In this document: positions 1 to 11,341 of the stretch, in pieces
Layout of the letters: each line of letters begins with the position of its first letter
How positions within the stretch are numbered: the first letter of the stretch is position 1
NCBI GenBank assembly: GCA_031369485.1
Contig: JANMOT010000043.1
Coordinates: 1,595-65,594, forward strand
DNA: 64,000 nucleotides
Reading direction: 5' to 3'
Origin: Sphingobacteriia bacterium
GTDB lineage: Bacteria; Bacteroidota; Bacteroidia; Chitinophagales; Chitinophagaceae
Made by a program: the position numbers and the translations under genes
Notes under the pieces: model-generated
What the model was told of the DNA's origin: nothing
Database searches by the model: none
Seen by the model: only the letters and a program-made list of their open reading frames with translations

Positions 1-894
1 AATTGTCCTATTTGCTTAGGCAAGCATATTTATCCTGTTTTAGATGCCCAAGACCATACTGTGAGTCAGTCAGTCTTTTCTATTTGGCATTGTAAGCACT
101 GTTTATTTCGTTTTACACAAGATATACCTAGTGTTGAAAATATTGGGGCTTATTATCAGTCCTCCAACTATATCTCTCACTCCAATACCAAAAAAGGCAT
201 TGTGAATAGATTATACCATTTGGTAAGAAACTATACATTGGGTAGCAAAGCGAGACTGGTACAGAAAGTAACAGGATTAGAAAAAGGAAATTTATTAGAT
301 ATAGGTGCAGGTACTGGCGCATTCGCCAATACCATGAAACAAAGGGGCTGGAAAGTAACTGCACTGGAACCAGATGCAATAGCAAGAAGCGAAGCCCACA
401 AAAATTATGGACTAGAACTGGAATTGCCAGCGCGTTTATTTGAGTTCAGTCCCAATAGTTTTGAAGCCATTACCATGTGGCATGTGATGGAGCATGTACA
501 CGATTTAGTAGCTTATTGGCGCCAGCTTAATAAGGTTATTTGTGACCAAGGGCGACTGATAATAGCAGTTCCCAATTATACGGCTGCTGATGCATCAGCT
601 TATGGAAAATATTGGGCTGCTTACGATGTTCCAAGACACTTGTATCATTTTTCACCCGCGGCAATGGAATTATTAGCAGACTTCAATGGGTTTAGGTTGG
701 TTGCCACCAAAGCAATGTGGTTTGATGCTTACTATGTGGCTATGTTGAGTGAGCAATACAAAAATGGGCGACCTCATTTAATCCGCGCTTTTTGGCAGGG
801 GTTCAAGTCTAACTACAATGCTATTTTCAATGCAAAAAAATGCAGCTCTGTCATTTATATTTTCGAGAAAAAATTGGTTACTGGCTTAATTTAA
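1..894 (+). CDS. class I SAM-dependent methyltransferase with N-terminal zinc ribbon (5' partial)
   Basis: Frame 1 is open from base 1 (NCPICLGKHIYPVLDAQDH precedes the GTG at 61), so the start lies outside the window. CxxC...CxxC N-terminus, SAM-binding motif LLDIGAGTGAF, stop at 892-894. Confidence 0.8.
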   Translation, partial: NCPICLGKHIYPVLDAQDHTVSQSVFSIWHCKHCLFRFTQDIPSVENIGAYYQSSNYISHSNTKKGIVNRLYHLVRNYTLGSKARLVQKVTGLEKGNLLDIGAGTGAFANTMKQRGWKVTALEPDAIARSEAHKNYGLELELPARLFEFSPNSFEAITMWHVMEHVHDLVAYWRQLNKVICDQGRLIIAVPNYTAADASAYGKYWAAYDVPRHLYHFSPAAMELLADFNGFRLVATKAMWFDAYYVAMLSEQYKNGRPHLIRAFWQGFKSNYNAIFNAKKCSSVIYIFEKKLVTGLI

Positions 895-1690
895 TTTCAA
901 AAAGGGTAGGCCATCTTTTACCAGTAATATAAATATGCTTAGTAGCAGGGTTGTAGGCAATTCCATTTAAAACATATCCTGCATCAATAGTACGTGGATC
1001 ATATATTGCACCTGCCTCTTTCAGCAGGTTTTTGAAATCAATTTTCCCCACCACAGATCCAGACAACGGATCAATTTTAAGTATATAGTCAGTCATGTAC
1101 TGATTGGCATAAATAAATCCTTCTATAAATTCTAGTTCATTTAAGCTGGATATATATCCATTATTGTCACTTACACCAATGGTCTTCTCAATTTTAAAAG
1201 TATTGGGATTTACCAAATAGAGGTTGCTGCCTCCCGTCGATATAATTAAACTACTTCCATTGTTGGTAATACCCCATCCCTCGTAAGGCCACTCAAATTC
1301 CTGTAATTTTTTAAAAGTCTTTAAGTCGTACACATGAACGAGATGGTTCGTCCAAGTTAGCTGGTAGATTTTATTGTTGAGTATGGTAATGCCTTCTCCA
1401 AATTCATTATCTGGAATGGCTAATTTTCTCAAAGCCTTTCCACTGTTGAGTGCTACTTCCAATAGTTTGCTTTCTTTCTCCATGCCCGTACTTTCATAGA
1501 GTTGGTTATTATGCCAAATCAATCCTTGTGTATAGGAGCTGGTATCATGCGGATACAGTTTTATAATACTGTAATTGATTGCGGCAGGAGAGGGCACAAT
1601 ATGGGCATCCATTTCAGGTTCTTCGCTGCTTTGTGGTTCACAACTGGCTAAGCAAAAAACAAGGAATAAAAGGGCGTATATTTTTCTCAT
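878..1690 (-). CDS. glutamine cyclotransferase (glutaminyl-peptide cyclotransferase-like) lipoprotein
   Basis: Lipoprotein-type signal LVFCLASC. Beta-propeller glutaminyl cyclase-like sequence (YPHDTSSYTQGLIWHNNQLYESTG). ATG at 1690 preferred to the TTG at 1696. Convergent 17-nt 3' overlap with the methyltransferase. Confidence 0.75.
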   Translation of the reverse strand: MRKIYALLFLVFCLASCEPQSSEEPEMDAHIVPSPAAINYSIIKLYPHDTSSYTQGLIWHNNQLYESTGMEKESKLLEVALNSGKALRKLAIPDNEFGEGITILNNKIYQLTWTNHLVHVYDLKTFKKLQEFEWPYEGWGITNNGSSLIISTGGSNLYLVNPNTFKIEKTIGVSDNNGYISSLNELEFIEGFIYANQYMTDYILKIDPLSGSVVGKIDFKNLLKEAGAIYDPRTIDAGYVLNGIAYNPATKHIYITGKRWPTLFEIKLSQ

Positions 1691-1737
1691 AATCAAATTG
1701 ACAGTTCTAAATTAGGTAGAATAGATTGAATGGAAAG

Positions 1738-2868
1738 TTAAATGGTTTGAAGTACGTTTTTGGCGACGGTCTCTGCCATTATTGGGGTGAGTGCTACGCC
1801 AATTCCATTGCATGCAATAGCTGCGGTAATATGTTCACTTGTTTGCTCACACAAAGGTTTTTTGTTTTTGGTGAAACCCATGATGCCACTCCAGCTTTGT
1901 TCAATTTCAATAGGAGTATTGGTAATAAAATGGGTTTGTAAAAAATGAAGCAGCGTATTTCTAATTTCATTGGAACCATTCAAATCGGTGGTTTGTTCTG
2001 CCATTAAATTGGTGTTGCGAGCACCACCCAATAAAATGCGGTTGCCGATATTTCGCCAGTAATAAAAGCCTTCATCAAAATGAAAAGTGCCCTTGGTAAG
2101 TAATCCATCAATGGGCTTGGTCATCACAATCTGCCCCCTTGCTGGCAATACACTTAATTCAGGGAAAAGTATTTGGCTAAACCCATTGGTACAGCCAATA
2201 ATATGCTTTGCTTTTAGCAATCCATTTAATTTGGTGTGTACACTTACCATTGATCCTTCTTCTAATTGGGTTACTTCTATGCCAAATAAAAATCGAACTC
2301 CATTTTGCAATGCTAGTTTGGTGAGTTCGGTCACCAACTTGCCGCTGTGGATACCTGCTTCTAAGGGATTGAATATTAGGGAATCAAAATTAGAAAGGCC
2401 CCAAGTATGCAAGGGCTCAGAGGCAAGTGAGAAACAAGCTGGAATGCCTATAATTGGTTGAAGCAATTGGTTGAATCTTTGAATATGATCAACAAGATGG
2501 GGTGCGGCAGTATGCGAGTTTAAAATGGCTTCATAGCCACCACATGCATCGTAATCAATGCAAGTTGGCGATAAATAATGTTTTATTTTTTCAATGCCTT
2601 TAAAACGTTGTTCTACCAGTTCAAGCATAGCGTTACTGCCCATTTCTGCTTCGTCTGCTAATAATTCGGTGAGGCTGCCGAAGCAAGCAAAACCAGCATT
2701 GCGGGTGGAAGCACCCCTAGGTATACTATGGCGTTCAAGAATGGTAATGGATAGGGAAGGAGCTGCTTTTTTTAATTCAAGTGCAGTCCACAAACCCATC
2801 AGCCCAGCTCCAATGATGATGATATCAACAGGAGCAAAATAGCTGTCATTTTCCCAGAAAGAATGCAT
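1738..2868 (-). CDS. FAD-dependent oxidoreductase (DAO family)
   Basis: N-terminal dinucleotide-binding motif DIIIIGAGLMGLWTALEL. Full-length 376-aa ORF. Confidence 0.75.
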   Translation of the reverse strand: MHSFWENDSYFAPVDIIIIGAGLMGLWTALELKKAAPSLSITILERHSIPRGASTRNAGFACFGSLTELLADEAEMGSNAMLELVEQRFKGIEKIKHYLSPTCIDYDACGGYEAILNSHTAAPHLVDHIQRFNQLLQPIIGIPACFSLASEPLHTWGLSNFDSLIFNPLEAGIHSGKLVTELTKLALQNGVRFLFGIEVTQLEEGSMVSVHTKLNGLLKAKHIIGCTNGFSQILFPELSVLPARGQIVMTKPIDGLLTKGTFHFDEGFYYWRNIGNRILLGGARNTNLMAEQTTDLNGSNEIRNTLLHFLQTHFITNTPIEIEQSWSGIMGFTKNKKPLCEQTSEHITAAIACNGIGVALTPIMAETVAKNVLQTI

Positions 2869-2904
2869 AAAAAAAGCATTAAAGTGAATAAGCGAGTTGA
2901 TGCT

Positions 2905-4008
2905 TTACACATTAAACCTAAAGTGCATGATGTCACCATCTTTTACCAAATATTCCTTTCCTTCAATCCGAAGTCGGCCATTATCGCGACAAGCAGCTTC
3001 GCTTTCGTATTTTACAAAGTCGTCGTATGCAATCACTTCAGCTTTGATAAAACCTTTTTCAAAATCGGTATGAATTACACTTGCAGCTTGTGGTGCTTTC
3101 CAACCTTTGTGAATAGTCCATGCACGAACTTCTTGTACTCCGGCGGTAAAATAAGTATCCAAATTCAATAGCTGGTAAGCAGTACGAATAAGTCTGTTTA
3201 GGGCAGGTTCGGTCATCTTATATTCTTCCATAAACATTTGCTTATCATCGGGTTGTTCCATCTCTGCAATCTGGGCTTCAATATTATTGCACATTACAAT
3301 TACTTCTGCGCCTTCGGCTGCTGCTATTTTTTTAAGAGCTTCTGAATATTTGTTGCCAGTATGCATATCTGCTTCGCCCACATTTGCAACATACAATACA
3401 GGCTTGTCTGTAAGCAAAAAAAGATCAGCGACTGCTGCTTTATCATCCTTACTCAAGCCGAGCGAATGAATGCTTTTTCCTGTGTCAAGATGGTTTTTAC
3501 AGCGTTGCAATATTTCGAATTCAGCTTTTGCTTTGGTATCAGAACCTACACGAGCCATTTTCTCTACCCTTTGCATTTTCTTCTCCACACTTTCTAAATC
3601 TTTCAACTGTAATTCGGTCTCAATAATTTCTTTGTCGCTAATAGGATTGATAGCACCTTCTTCCCTCAGTACATTCTCATCTTCAAAACAACGAATCACG
3701 TGTATGATGGCATCTACCTCACGAATATTACCCAAGAATTTATTGCCCAGTCCCTCACCTTTGCTTGCGCCTTTAACGAGGCCAGCAATATCTACAATTT
3801 CCATTTGGGTAGGGATGGTTTTATTGGGTTGAACCAATTGAGTTAGTTTATCTAACCTTTCATCAGGTACATCTACCAAGCCCACATTGGGCTCGATGGT
3901 ACAAAAACGGTAATTACTTGCCTGTGCTTTTGCACTATTGCTCACCGCATTAAAAAGGGTTGATTTTCCTACGTTTGGTAATCCTACTATGCCTGCTTGT
4001 AAAGCCAT
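2905..4008 (-). CDS. ychF: redox-regulated ATPase YchF
   Basis: MALQAGIVGLPNVGKSTLFNA P-loop. Length 367 aa. C-terminal TGS-like end (GDIMHFRFNV) typical of YchF/OLA1. Confidence 0.95.
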   Translation of the reverse strand: MALQAGIVGLPNVGKSTLFNAVSNSAKAQASNYRFCTIEPNVGLVDVPDERLDKLTQLVQPNKTIPTQMEIVDIAGLVKGASKGEGLGNKFLGNIREVDAIIHVIRCFEDENVLREEGAINPISDKEIIETELQLKDLESVEKKMQRVEKMARVGSDTKAKAEFEILQRCKNHLDTGKSIHSLGLSKDDKAAVADLFLLTDKPVLYVANVGEADMHTGNKYSEALKKIAAAEGAEVIVMCNNIEAQIAEMEQPDDKQMFMEEYKMTEPALNRLIRTAYQLLNLDTYFTAGVQEVRAWTIHKGWKAPQAASVIHTDFEKGFIKAEVIAYDDFVKYESEAACRDNGRLRIEGKEYLVKDGDIMHFRFNV

Positions 4009-4055
4009 TTTTTTGGTTTTGAGGCTGCGAAGGTAGTATTTCTTATCTTAGCTGC

Positions 4056-5315
4056 ATGGCACTCAATTATGTTTGGATCTTGTTTTTTTTAATCGGTCTC
4101 GTTATTGCGCTGTTTAAACTAATTGTATTTCAGGACTATGAAATATTTAAGAAGTTGGTGGAAGGCATTTTTGATGCCAGTAAAAGTTCTGTGATGGATA
4201 TTGCCCTTCCCTTAACTGGGGTAATGGTATTTTTTATGGGATTGATGAATATTGGCGAGAAAGCAGGAGCCATTAATTTTTTAGCTAGATTATTGAATCC
4301 ATTTATGAAGCGACTTTTTCCGGAAGTCCCTGATAAGCATCCTGCAATGGGGCAGATGGTGATGAATTTTAGTGCCAATATGTTGGGGCTCGACAATGCG
4401 GCAACCCCATTTGGACTAAAAGCTATGGAGAGTTTGCAAACCCTCAATCCCAATAAGGAGAGCGCCACCAATGCTCAGATCATGTTTCTTGTGTTGCATA
4501 CAAGTGGGCTCACCCTTATTCCGCTGTCTATTATTGCTTATAGAGCCGGGGCGGGCAGCACCAATCCTACCAGTGTATTTGTGCCATTGATGCTGGCCAC
4601 ATCGGTAGCTACCATTGCCAGCATTGTAATTACAGGTATGTATCAACGGTTGAAATTCGACCGAGTATTGATTACTTGGATTGGTGGAATTTCCTTGGTT
4701 ATTTTTTTATTTGCTTGGTTTATTCATTCGCTTCCTTCACAAAAAGACATTCCAGTACCCACTTTATTAACTAAGGAGACTTTCAGTAATGTGCTGGGTA
4801 ATATTATTTTATTTTTCATCATCTGTAGCTTTATTGTGGGAGGTTATGTGAAAAAAATTAATGTATTTGATGCATTTATAGAAGGTGCAAAACAGGGCTG
4901 GGATTTAATTGTAAAAATTATTCCCTATCTCGTAGGAATGTTGGTAGCAATAAGGGTATTTAGAGAGAGTGAGGCATTGGCAGCAATTATCAATGGCATC
5001 ACTTGGTGTTTTGGAGCAATTGGAGCCAGCAGTGAATTTGTACCTGCATTGCCAGTAGCCATTATGCGCCCATTTAGTGGGGGTGGATCGAGGGGACTTA
5101 TGTTAGATATTTTTAAAGTTCATGGTCCTGATGGTTTTATTGGTCAGTTGGCCAGCACATTCCAAGGCAGTGCTGATACTACTTTTTATATTATTGCGCT
5201 TTACTTTGGCAGCGTGGGTATTAAGAGAGTACGTTACGCCATTTGGGCGGGTATGTTGGCCGATTTAATTGGGGTGATTGCAGCAGTAGGTATTGCCTAT
5301 ATTTTTTTTAAATAA
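4056..5315 (+). CDS. nucleoside-recognition domain membrane protein (fused SpmA/SpmB-like)
   Basis: 419-aa polytopic membrane ORF. The N-terminus resembles SpmA (MALNYVWILFFLIGLVIA). Confidence 0.7.
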   Translation: MALNYVWILFFLIGLVIALFKLIVFQDYEIFKKLVEGIFDASKSSVMDIALPLTGVMVFFMGLMNIGEKAGAINFLARLLNPFMKRLFPEVPDKHPAMGQMVMNFSANMLGLDNAATPFGLKAMESLQTLNPNKESATNAQIMFLVLHTSGLTLIPLSIIAYRAGAGSTNPTSVFVPLMLATSVATIASIVITGMYQRLKFDRVLITWIGGISLVIFLFAWFIHSLPSQKDIPVPTLLTKETFSNVLGNIILFFIICSFIVGGYVKKINVFDAFIEGAKQGWDLIVKIIPYLVGMLVAIRVFRESEALAAIINGITWCFGAIGASSEFVPALPVAIMRPFSGGGSRGLMLDIFKVHGPDGFIGQLASTFQGSADTTFYIIALYFGSVGIKRVRYAIWAGMLADLIGVIAAVGIAYIFFK

Positions 5316-5339
5316 GCTTCACAGCTATTATTCAAGGCC

Positions 5340-5750
5340 TTATTTGGCTTCACTCATTGCCATTACCATATCCCACTCTTCAGCGGTTACGGGTTGAACT
5401 GAAAGTCTACCAAGCCTTACCAATGCCATATTGGCCAATTGTTTTTCTGCTTTAACCATGGCGAGAGATACGGGCTTTTTTAGTTTTTTAACGGGCTTAA
5501 AGTCCACCACTACCCACGCTGCTTCGGTGGTAGTAGGATCTTGGTAAAATTCTTTTACCACTTTGGCAATACCTACTATTTCCATACCCTCATTGCTATG
5601 GTACCAGAAAGCGAGATCCCCTTTTTTCATGGCTTTTAAATGGTTGCGAGCTAGATAATTTCTTACGCCATCCCAGAAAGTTTGTTTGTCTTTTTCAAAT
5701 TGATCCCAACTGTATTTAAAAGGTTCAGATTTAATTAACCAGTAGTTCAT
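5340..5750 (-). CDS. EVE (PUA-like) domain protein
   Basis: MNYWLIKSEPFKYSWDQF start and 136-aa size are typical of stand-alone EVE domain proteins. Confidence 0.7.
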   Translation of the reverse strand: MNYWLIKSEPFKYSWDQFEKDKQTFWDGVRNYLARNHLKAMKKGDLAFWYHSNEGMEIVGIAKVVKEFYQDPTTTEAAWVVVDFKPVKKLKKPVSLAMVKAEKQLANMALVRLGRLSVQPVTAEEWDMVMAMSEAK

Positions 5751-5781
5751 ATTTAATTATTTAAAATTGAAGCGTCAGCTT

Positions 5782-7074
5782 CTAAAAATTGTTGAATTTA
5801 ATTCCTTCCTGTTCCAGTATTTCCAAAACGGGATGGTAGATTTCTTTTACAATTGGAATATGCAATCCCCGAAGGGTAATTTTATTTTCCAGTAATAGGG
5901 TTGCAGCAATGCCCAATGGCAGTCCCACAGTTTTGGCCATGGCCGTATTGCGTTCATCATCGCCTTTAACAATCAAGCTGGTCTTTTCTATTTTTGATGC
6001 TCCATCTAATTTGAATTTAATTTCATGCAACATAACAACCAGATCTTTATCCCCCGGTTCTAGCTTCCATTTATTTTCTAATAATTGCTGAAACGCAGCA
6101 GAAATGGGTTGAATGCCTTTATTTATGAGTTGATGGTCACTTAGTCCCAGCCAGTCGAATTGGTATTTCAATAGATCCGATTGCAGCAATACTTCTTTTT
6201 GTTGCAATTGGCGTTCTATCATATTGGCATAGCTGGTTTTATTGGTGTCAATTAAGTCATCATCATTTGTTAGTCCCGCTTCTACTACTTTCTGCCAGCC
6301 CTTGCAAAAATCGGGGTACCTAAATGTAGCCCTCATAAAAGTAGCAGCAGATTCCAATCCATAAATAGGGATATAAGAGAGTGAATCGCGATTTGGGTAA
6401 TAAGCCAATTCTCCAACCCCTTCAATTTCTAAGGAAGAACAGTCTTTGAAAATAGCATTGTAATCTTTTTCAACTACTTGATAATTCTCCTTATAAATGG
6501 CACCAGCTTTGCCAGCTGTAACTATATTTCTAGGGTTCCAAGTGATTTTATATTGCCAAGGATTGGTATTGAATTCAGGTGCAATTAAACCGCCGCAAAA
6601 CGACTTAAATGAAGCAATAGAGCCGCCTTTTTCGTGAATTTCATCAATAAGCTGCATGGCACTCATATGGTCGATGCCAGGATCGAGCCCCATTTCTCCC
6701 AAAAACAGCAGGCCAGCATCGGCAATATCTTTAGCGAGGGACTGAATGGGTTGGTCAAGGTAAGACGCAGTGAGCAAGTGTTTGCGCAGCATTAGGCAAT
6801 CTTTGGCCACCAAAAAATGTAGGGCAGGAGGTAGGAGGGATATTACCACATCGGCAGTTTGAATTAGGGTACTGCGGGCATTATCGTCTTCAATTTCCAG
6901 TGCAACAGCGGTTAAATGTGGTGCGGTAGTTGTTTTCGAAAGGATATTGGACAAGTCCAAATCAGCGATGGTAAAATGCCATTGTTTTTCAAGGGTGGTT
7001 TTGGCCAAATATTGTATTAATACGGTCGCGGATTTACCAGCACCGAAAAGCAAAATACGAGGGACTTTCTCCAT
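5782..7074 (-). CDS. saccharopine dehydrogenase family protein
   Basis: Rossmann start ILLFGAGKSATVLIQYL. 430 aa with GEMGLDPGIDHM-type motif. Confidence 0.75.
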   Translation of the reverse strand: MEKVPRILLFGAGKSATVLIQYLAKTTLEKQWHFTIADLDLSNILSKTTTAPHLTAVALEIEDDNARSTLIQTADVVISLLPPALHFLVAKDCLMLRKHLLTASYLDQPIQSLAKDIADAGLLFLGEMGLDPGIDHMSAMQLIDEIHEKGGSIASFKSFCGGLIAPEFNTNPWQYKITWNPRNIVTAGKAGAIYKENYQVVEKDYNAIFKDCSSLEIEGVGELAYYPNRDSLSYIPIYGLESAATFMRATFRYPDFCKGWQKVVEAGLTNDDDLIDTNKTSYANMIERQLQQKEVLLQSDLLKYQFDWLGLSDHQLINKGIQPISAAFQQLLENKWKLEPGDKDLVVMLHEIKFKLDGASKIEKTSLIVKGDDERNTAMAKTVGLPLGIAATLLLENKITLRGLHIPIVKEIYHPVLEILEQEGIKFNNF

Positions 7075-7271
7075 AATAAAAATAAATATAGTACAATTGA
7101 AATCTATCCATGGAAATCAATCTTTTAGAAGGGGTATTTTATGTGGATAAGTGCCTCTAAAAAACAACCTTTTTTAGCGATTTTAACCCTTGAAAAAGCT
7201 ATCTTCGCAGACCTATATATCGGAAGCTATTTTGCGCCCGATAAAAGGGCTAAATCTGAACAAAAAGATAC

Positions 7272-9932
7272 ATGGAAGAAAATCAATTGCCAGAACAAAC
7301 CAGCGATAATGATCGCATCATACAGGTAAATATAGAGGAACAGATGAAGACCGCATATATTGACTATTCTATGTCGGTTATTGTGGGTCGTGCCTTACCC
7401 GATGTACGTGATGGGTTTAAGCCAGTACACCGCAGGGTGTTGTATGCTATGAGTGAGTTGGGCAATAGCAGCAATAAGCCATTTAAAAAGTCGGCACGTA
7501 TTGTTGGGGAAGTAATGGGTAAATACCATCCTCATGGAGATAGTGCTATTTATGATACATTGGTGCGTATGGCGCAGGAGTGGACTATGCGTTATACCTT
7601 GGTAGATCGGCAAGGTAATTTTGGAAACCAAGATGGGGATCCGCCAGCAGCTATGCGTTATACAGAAGCTCGTCTTCAGCGTATTGCAGAAGCCATGTTG
7701 GATGATATTGAGAAAGATACGGTGAATTTCCAGTTGAATTTTGATGACTCATTGGAAGAGCCAACCGTACTTCCTACTCGTATACCACAATTATTGGTAA
7801 ACGGTTCTTCGGGTATTGCAGTGGGTATGGCTACTAATATGATGCCACATAACTTGAGTGAAGTGATTGATGGTTGTGTTGCATATGTGGAAAACAGGGA
7901 GGTCACCATTGAAGAATTGATGAGCCATGTAAAAGCTCCAGATTTTCCGACTGGGGGTGTGATTTATGGAATGGAGGGCGTAAAACAAGCTTTGTTAACT
8001 GGTAGGGGTAAAGTGGTGGTTCGAGGTAAATGCAATGTAGAAACCAAGCCCAACGGTCGCGAAATGATTGTGATTACCGAAGTGCCTTATCAGGTGAGCC
8101 GCGATACCTTAACGGATCGGATAGGGCGATTGGCGATTGATAAAATTGTAGATGGAATTTCCGATGTGGGTAACCAAAGTAACAAAGATGGTACCCGTAT
8201 AGTGGTGGAACTGAAGAAAGATGCGGTTGCGCAGGTGGTGATTAACCAACTGTATAAGCATACCGAATTACAGACCAGTTATGGTATTAATAATGTTGCA
8301 TTGAGCAAGGGGCGTCCAAGAATTATGAACCTGCGTGATTTGGTGCGCGAGTTCATTGAATTTAGGATGGAAGTGGTGATCCGCCGTGCCAAATTTGAAT
8401 TGCGTAAGGCAGAAGAGCGGGCTCATATTTTAGAAGGATATTTGAAAGCATTGGATCACTTAGATGAAGTGATTGCGCTTATTCGTGCCAGCAGAACGCC
8501 TGATGAAGCCAAGGAGAGTTTGGTTAATAAAAGCAAGGAAGAAAAATGGTATCTTAACTCAGGTATGTTTTCTGAACTTACCAATGAACAGTATAGCCAG
8601 CAAGAAGGATTGTCGGAAATACAAGCAAAAGCTATTCTGGAATTGCGTTTACAGCGATTGACTGGAATGGAACGCGATAAAATTATTGAGGAATTTAATG
8701 GGTTGATTGAAACCATCAAAGGCTTGAAAGCTTTATTGGCAAGTGAAGACCTTCGATATGATCTCATTAAAAAAGAATTGCTGGAAGTAAAAGTGAAGTT
8801 TGGCGACGAGCGTAAAAGTGAAATTCAATACTTGGCAGATGAAATGCGTATTGAAGACCTGATAGAAGATGAAGACGTGGTAATTACCATATCACATTTA
8901 GGTTATATTAAAAGGACTTCTGCTACCGAATACCGCCAGCAGAAGCGTGGTGGAAGGGGTGCTGTTGGTTCTAAAACCCGTGAAGAAGATTATGTAGAGC
9001 ATTTGTTTATTGCCTCTACTCACGATACCATTATGTTTTTTACCGAAAAGGGAAGATGCTATTGGATGCGGGTTTACGAAATACCAGAAGGAGAGAAACA
9101 AAGCAAAGGAAGAGCCATTCAAAACCTGATTCAATTGCCTGGTGATGATAAGGTGAAAGCCATCATCAACGTGAAAAAAATTGATGATAAAGATTTCGTT
9201 CAGCAACACTATATAGTACTTTGTACCAAGCAGGGAATTATTAAAAAAACTTCATTAGAAGATTTTAGTAGACCAAGAGCCAATGGGGTGAATGCAATTA
9301 CCATTGTAGAGGGCGATGAGTTGTTAGAAGCGAGACTCACCAACGGTTCCAGCGAAATTATGATGGCGTTAAAAAGCGGTAGAGCCATTCGCTTTCCTGA
9401 AGTTAAAGTAAGGTCAACTGGTAGGGGTGCTATTGGGGTAGGTGGAATTGAAGTAGACGATAGTAAGGATGAAGTAGTAGGTATGATTTGTGTAAATAAG
9501 GAAGATCTTGAAAGAACCATATTGGTAGTAAGTGAAAAAGGATATGGTAAGCGAACAGCCATTGAAGATTACCGAATTACCAATAGGGGCGGCAAGGGTG
9601 TTAAAACCATTAATGTAACCGAGAAAACAGGAAATCTGGTAGGGATTTTGTATGTGAAAGAAACAGAGGATTTAATCATTACTTGTAAATCAGGAATCAC
9701 CATCAGAACAGGTATTCTAGCTATCCGTGAAGCGGGTAGGGCAACGCAGGGAGTGAAATTGATTCGACTGGATGATACGGATGAAATAGCAGCAATTTCT
9801 CAGATTGAGGACCAGACCGAAGATGAAAATCCGATAGCTGACATTGAAGCTGACACAACAGAATCAACCGATACCGATTCACCCAATACAACCGAAAATA
9901 CAACCGAAACAATAGAACCAAACAACGAATAA
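7272..9932 (+). CDS. gyrA: DNA gyrase subunit A
   Basis: Canonical GyrA N-terminus ([39 protein letters not shown]; active-site region [10 protein letters not shown]). C-terminal beta-pinwheel repeats and acidic tail. Confidence 0.97.
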   Translation: MEENQLPEQTSDNDRIIQVNIEEQMKTAYIDYSMSVIVGRALPDVRDGFKPVHRRVLYAMSELGNSSNKPFKKSARIVGEVMGKYHPHGDSAIYDTLVRMAQEWTMRYTLVDRQGNFGNQDGDPPAAMRYTEARLQRIAEAMLDDIEKDTVNFQLNFDDSLEEPTVLPTRIPQLLVNGSSGIAVGMATNMMPHNLSEVIDGCVAYVENREVTIEELMSHVKAPDFPTGGVIYGMEGVKQALLTGRGKVVVRGKCNVETKPNGREMIVITEVPYQVSRDTLTDRIGRLAIDKIVDGISDVGNQSNKDGTRIVVELKKDAVAQVVINQLYKHTELQTSYGINNVALSKGRPRIMNLRDLVREFIEFRMEVVIRRAKFELRKAEERAHILEGYLKALDHLDEVIALIRASRTPDEAKESLVNKSKEEKWYLNSGMFSELTNEQYSQQEGLSEIQAKAILELRLQRLTGMERDKIIEEFNGLIETIKGLKALLASEDLRYDLIKKELLEVKVKFGDERKSEIQYLADEMRIEDLIEDEDVVITISHLGYIKRTSATEYRQQKRGGRGAVGSKTREEDYVEHLFIASTHDTIMFFTEKGRCYWMRVYEIPEGEKQSKGRAIQNLIQLPGDDKVKAIINVKKIDDKDFVQQHYIVLCTKQGIIKKTSLEDFSRPRANGVNAITIVEGDELLEARLTNGSSEIMMALKSGRAIRFPEVKVRSTGRGAIGVGGIEVDDSKDEVVGMICVNKEDLERTILVVSEKGYGKRTAIEDYRITNRGGKGVKTINVTEKTGNLVGILYVKETEDLIITCKSGITIRTGILAIREAGRATQGVKLIRLDDTDEIAAISQIEDQTEDENPIADIEADTTESTDTDSPNTTENTTETIEPNNE

Positions 9933-9952
9933 AAACAATAAAAAATAAAGCC

Positions 9953-11320
9953 ATGAAACATTTTATTGCGGTATTACTGAGCATTTTCATCTTGAATATT
10001 GCTGTTGCACAAGATTACAAAAAAGTGCAGACCGTTTTATTACTTGAAAAAATTGAAGAAGCTAAAGTTGAAGTCGAGAAAGCACTTGCTGATCCTAAAA
10101 CAAAAGATAAAATAGAGGGCTGGTATTGGAAATCTAGAATTAATGCTGCCATCTACAAAAATGAAACATTGCGTGCAAAGTATCCAACCATTTTTGAAGA
10201 TGCCAATGCTGCATTTAAAAAGTACGTAGAACTAGATCCTAGTTATTCATTTGTAAAAGAAAAGGGAGCAGAAGGTTTTTTTGATATCTACTCAACTTCA
10301 TTTGGTAAAGGCATTGAAAGTTTTAAAACAAAGAACTGGCCAGATGCAACAAAGGCTTTTGAGTCAGCCGTTTATTATAGCGATTATATATTTAAAAATA
10401 AATGGTCCAGCTCTACTGCCATCTTTGATACTACTTCTATTCTTTATTGTGCTTATTCATTTCAAAATGCACAGAAAATGGATGAAGCTTCAAAATATTA
10501 TACTCGGCTAGCTGATCGCAAAGTAACAGGTGAGGGATTTGCAGATATTTATAAATTTCTAGTTGATCATTATACCAAATCAAAGAATAAGACTGCTTTT
10601 GAGAATTATCTCGCAATTGGTAAAGAAGTGTATCCTAAAGAAAATTGGGAAGATTTTGAGATTGAATACATTGATCAGAATTTTGACCTAGCCCAAAAAA
10701 CGGCTATTTATGATGAAAGAAATGCAGCTGGTACGCTTTCAGAAAATATGTATTTGCAATTTGGTGACGCTTTTGTAAACGCAAAACACAAAGAAGGGGT
10801 AGATAGTTCTTTACACGACAGCTATACCCAAAAAGCCATTGAGGCATTTAAAAAAGCGTACGGAAAAAATTCACAAAATGCACTGGCAGCTTATAATGCA
10901 GGCATCATTTATTACAACTACTTTAATTTGGATGATGATAAATTTGCCGAGAATATTAAAAAATTACAACAAATAAATGCCAACAAGCCTGTAGTGAAAG
11001 ATCCAAAGAAAAAAGCTGCTGCCGATGCAGAGCAAAAGGTGAAAGTTGATGCCATTAAATCAGCAAATGCAGTTGTAGAAAAAGCAGCAATTGAAAATGT
11101 AGATATAGCTATTGACTGGTTAACAAAGTCTTACCTAATTTTAAAAGACAAATCTCCCCGTTCTAATACCGAAAAAAGTGTAATTAATAAATCAGTGGAT
11201 TTTATTACCAACCTATATAATTATAAAATGGGTCGTGTTAGAGGTAAAGACCCCAAAGCTTTTGATTTATTAGAAGCCAAGTACAAGGAATTTGATGCTT
11301 TGCACGGTACTTTTAAGTAA
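9953..11320 (+). CDS. secreted helical-repeat (TPR-like) hypothetical protein
   Basis: Signal peptide MKHFIAVLLSIFILNIAVAQ. Lys/Ala-rich helical sequence. Starts 20 nt after gyrA on the same strand. Confidence 0.6.
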   Translation: MKHFIAVLLSIFILNIAVAQDYKKVQTVLLLEKIEEAKVEVEKALADPKTKDKIEGWYWKSRINAAIYKNETLRAKYPTIFEDANAAFKKYVELDPSYSFVKEKGAEGFFDIYSTSFGKGIESFKTKNWPDATKAFESAVYYSDYIFKNKWSSSTAIFDTTSILYCAYSFQNAQKMDEASKYYTRLADRKVTGEGFADIYKFLVDHYTKSKNKTAFENYLAIGKEVYPKENWEDFEIEYIDQNFDLAQKTAIYDERNAAGTLSENMYLQFGDAFVNAKHKEGVDSSLHDSYTQKAIEAFKKAYGKNSQNALAAYNAGIIYYNYFNLDDDKFAENIKKLQQINANKPVVKDPKKKAAADAEQKVKVDAIKSANAVVEKAAIENVDIAIDWLTKSYLILKDKSPRSNTEKSVINKSVDFITNLYNYKMGRVRGKDPKAFDLLEAKYKEFDALHGTFK

Positions 11321-11341
11321 TTCATATTTCTATCTATAACA

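Noticed and set aside
878-894. Convergent 3' gene overlaps, seen four times: 878-894, 24459-24467, 32402-32409 and 49662-49674.
   Set aside because: Short convergent overlaps are common in compact genomes. Only the PAP2 pair is reported as a finding because of its functional context.
9800-9932. The Thr/Glu/Asp-rich repetitive C-terminal tail of GyrA ([24 protein letters not shown]), considered as a repeat element or fused peptide.
   Set aside because: Acidic C-terminal tails are a normal, variable feature of GyrA. The frame is continuous with the beta-pinwheel domain.
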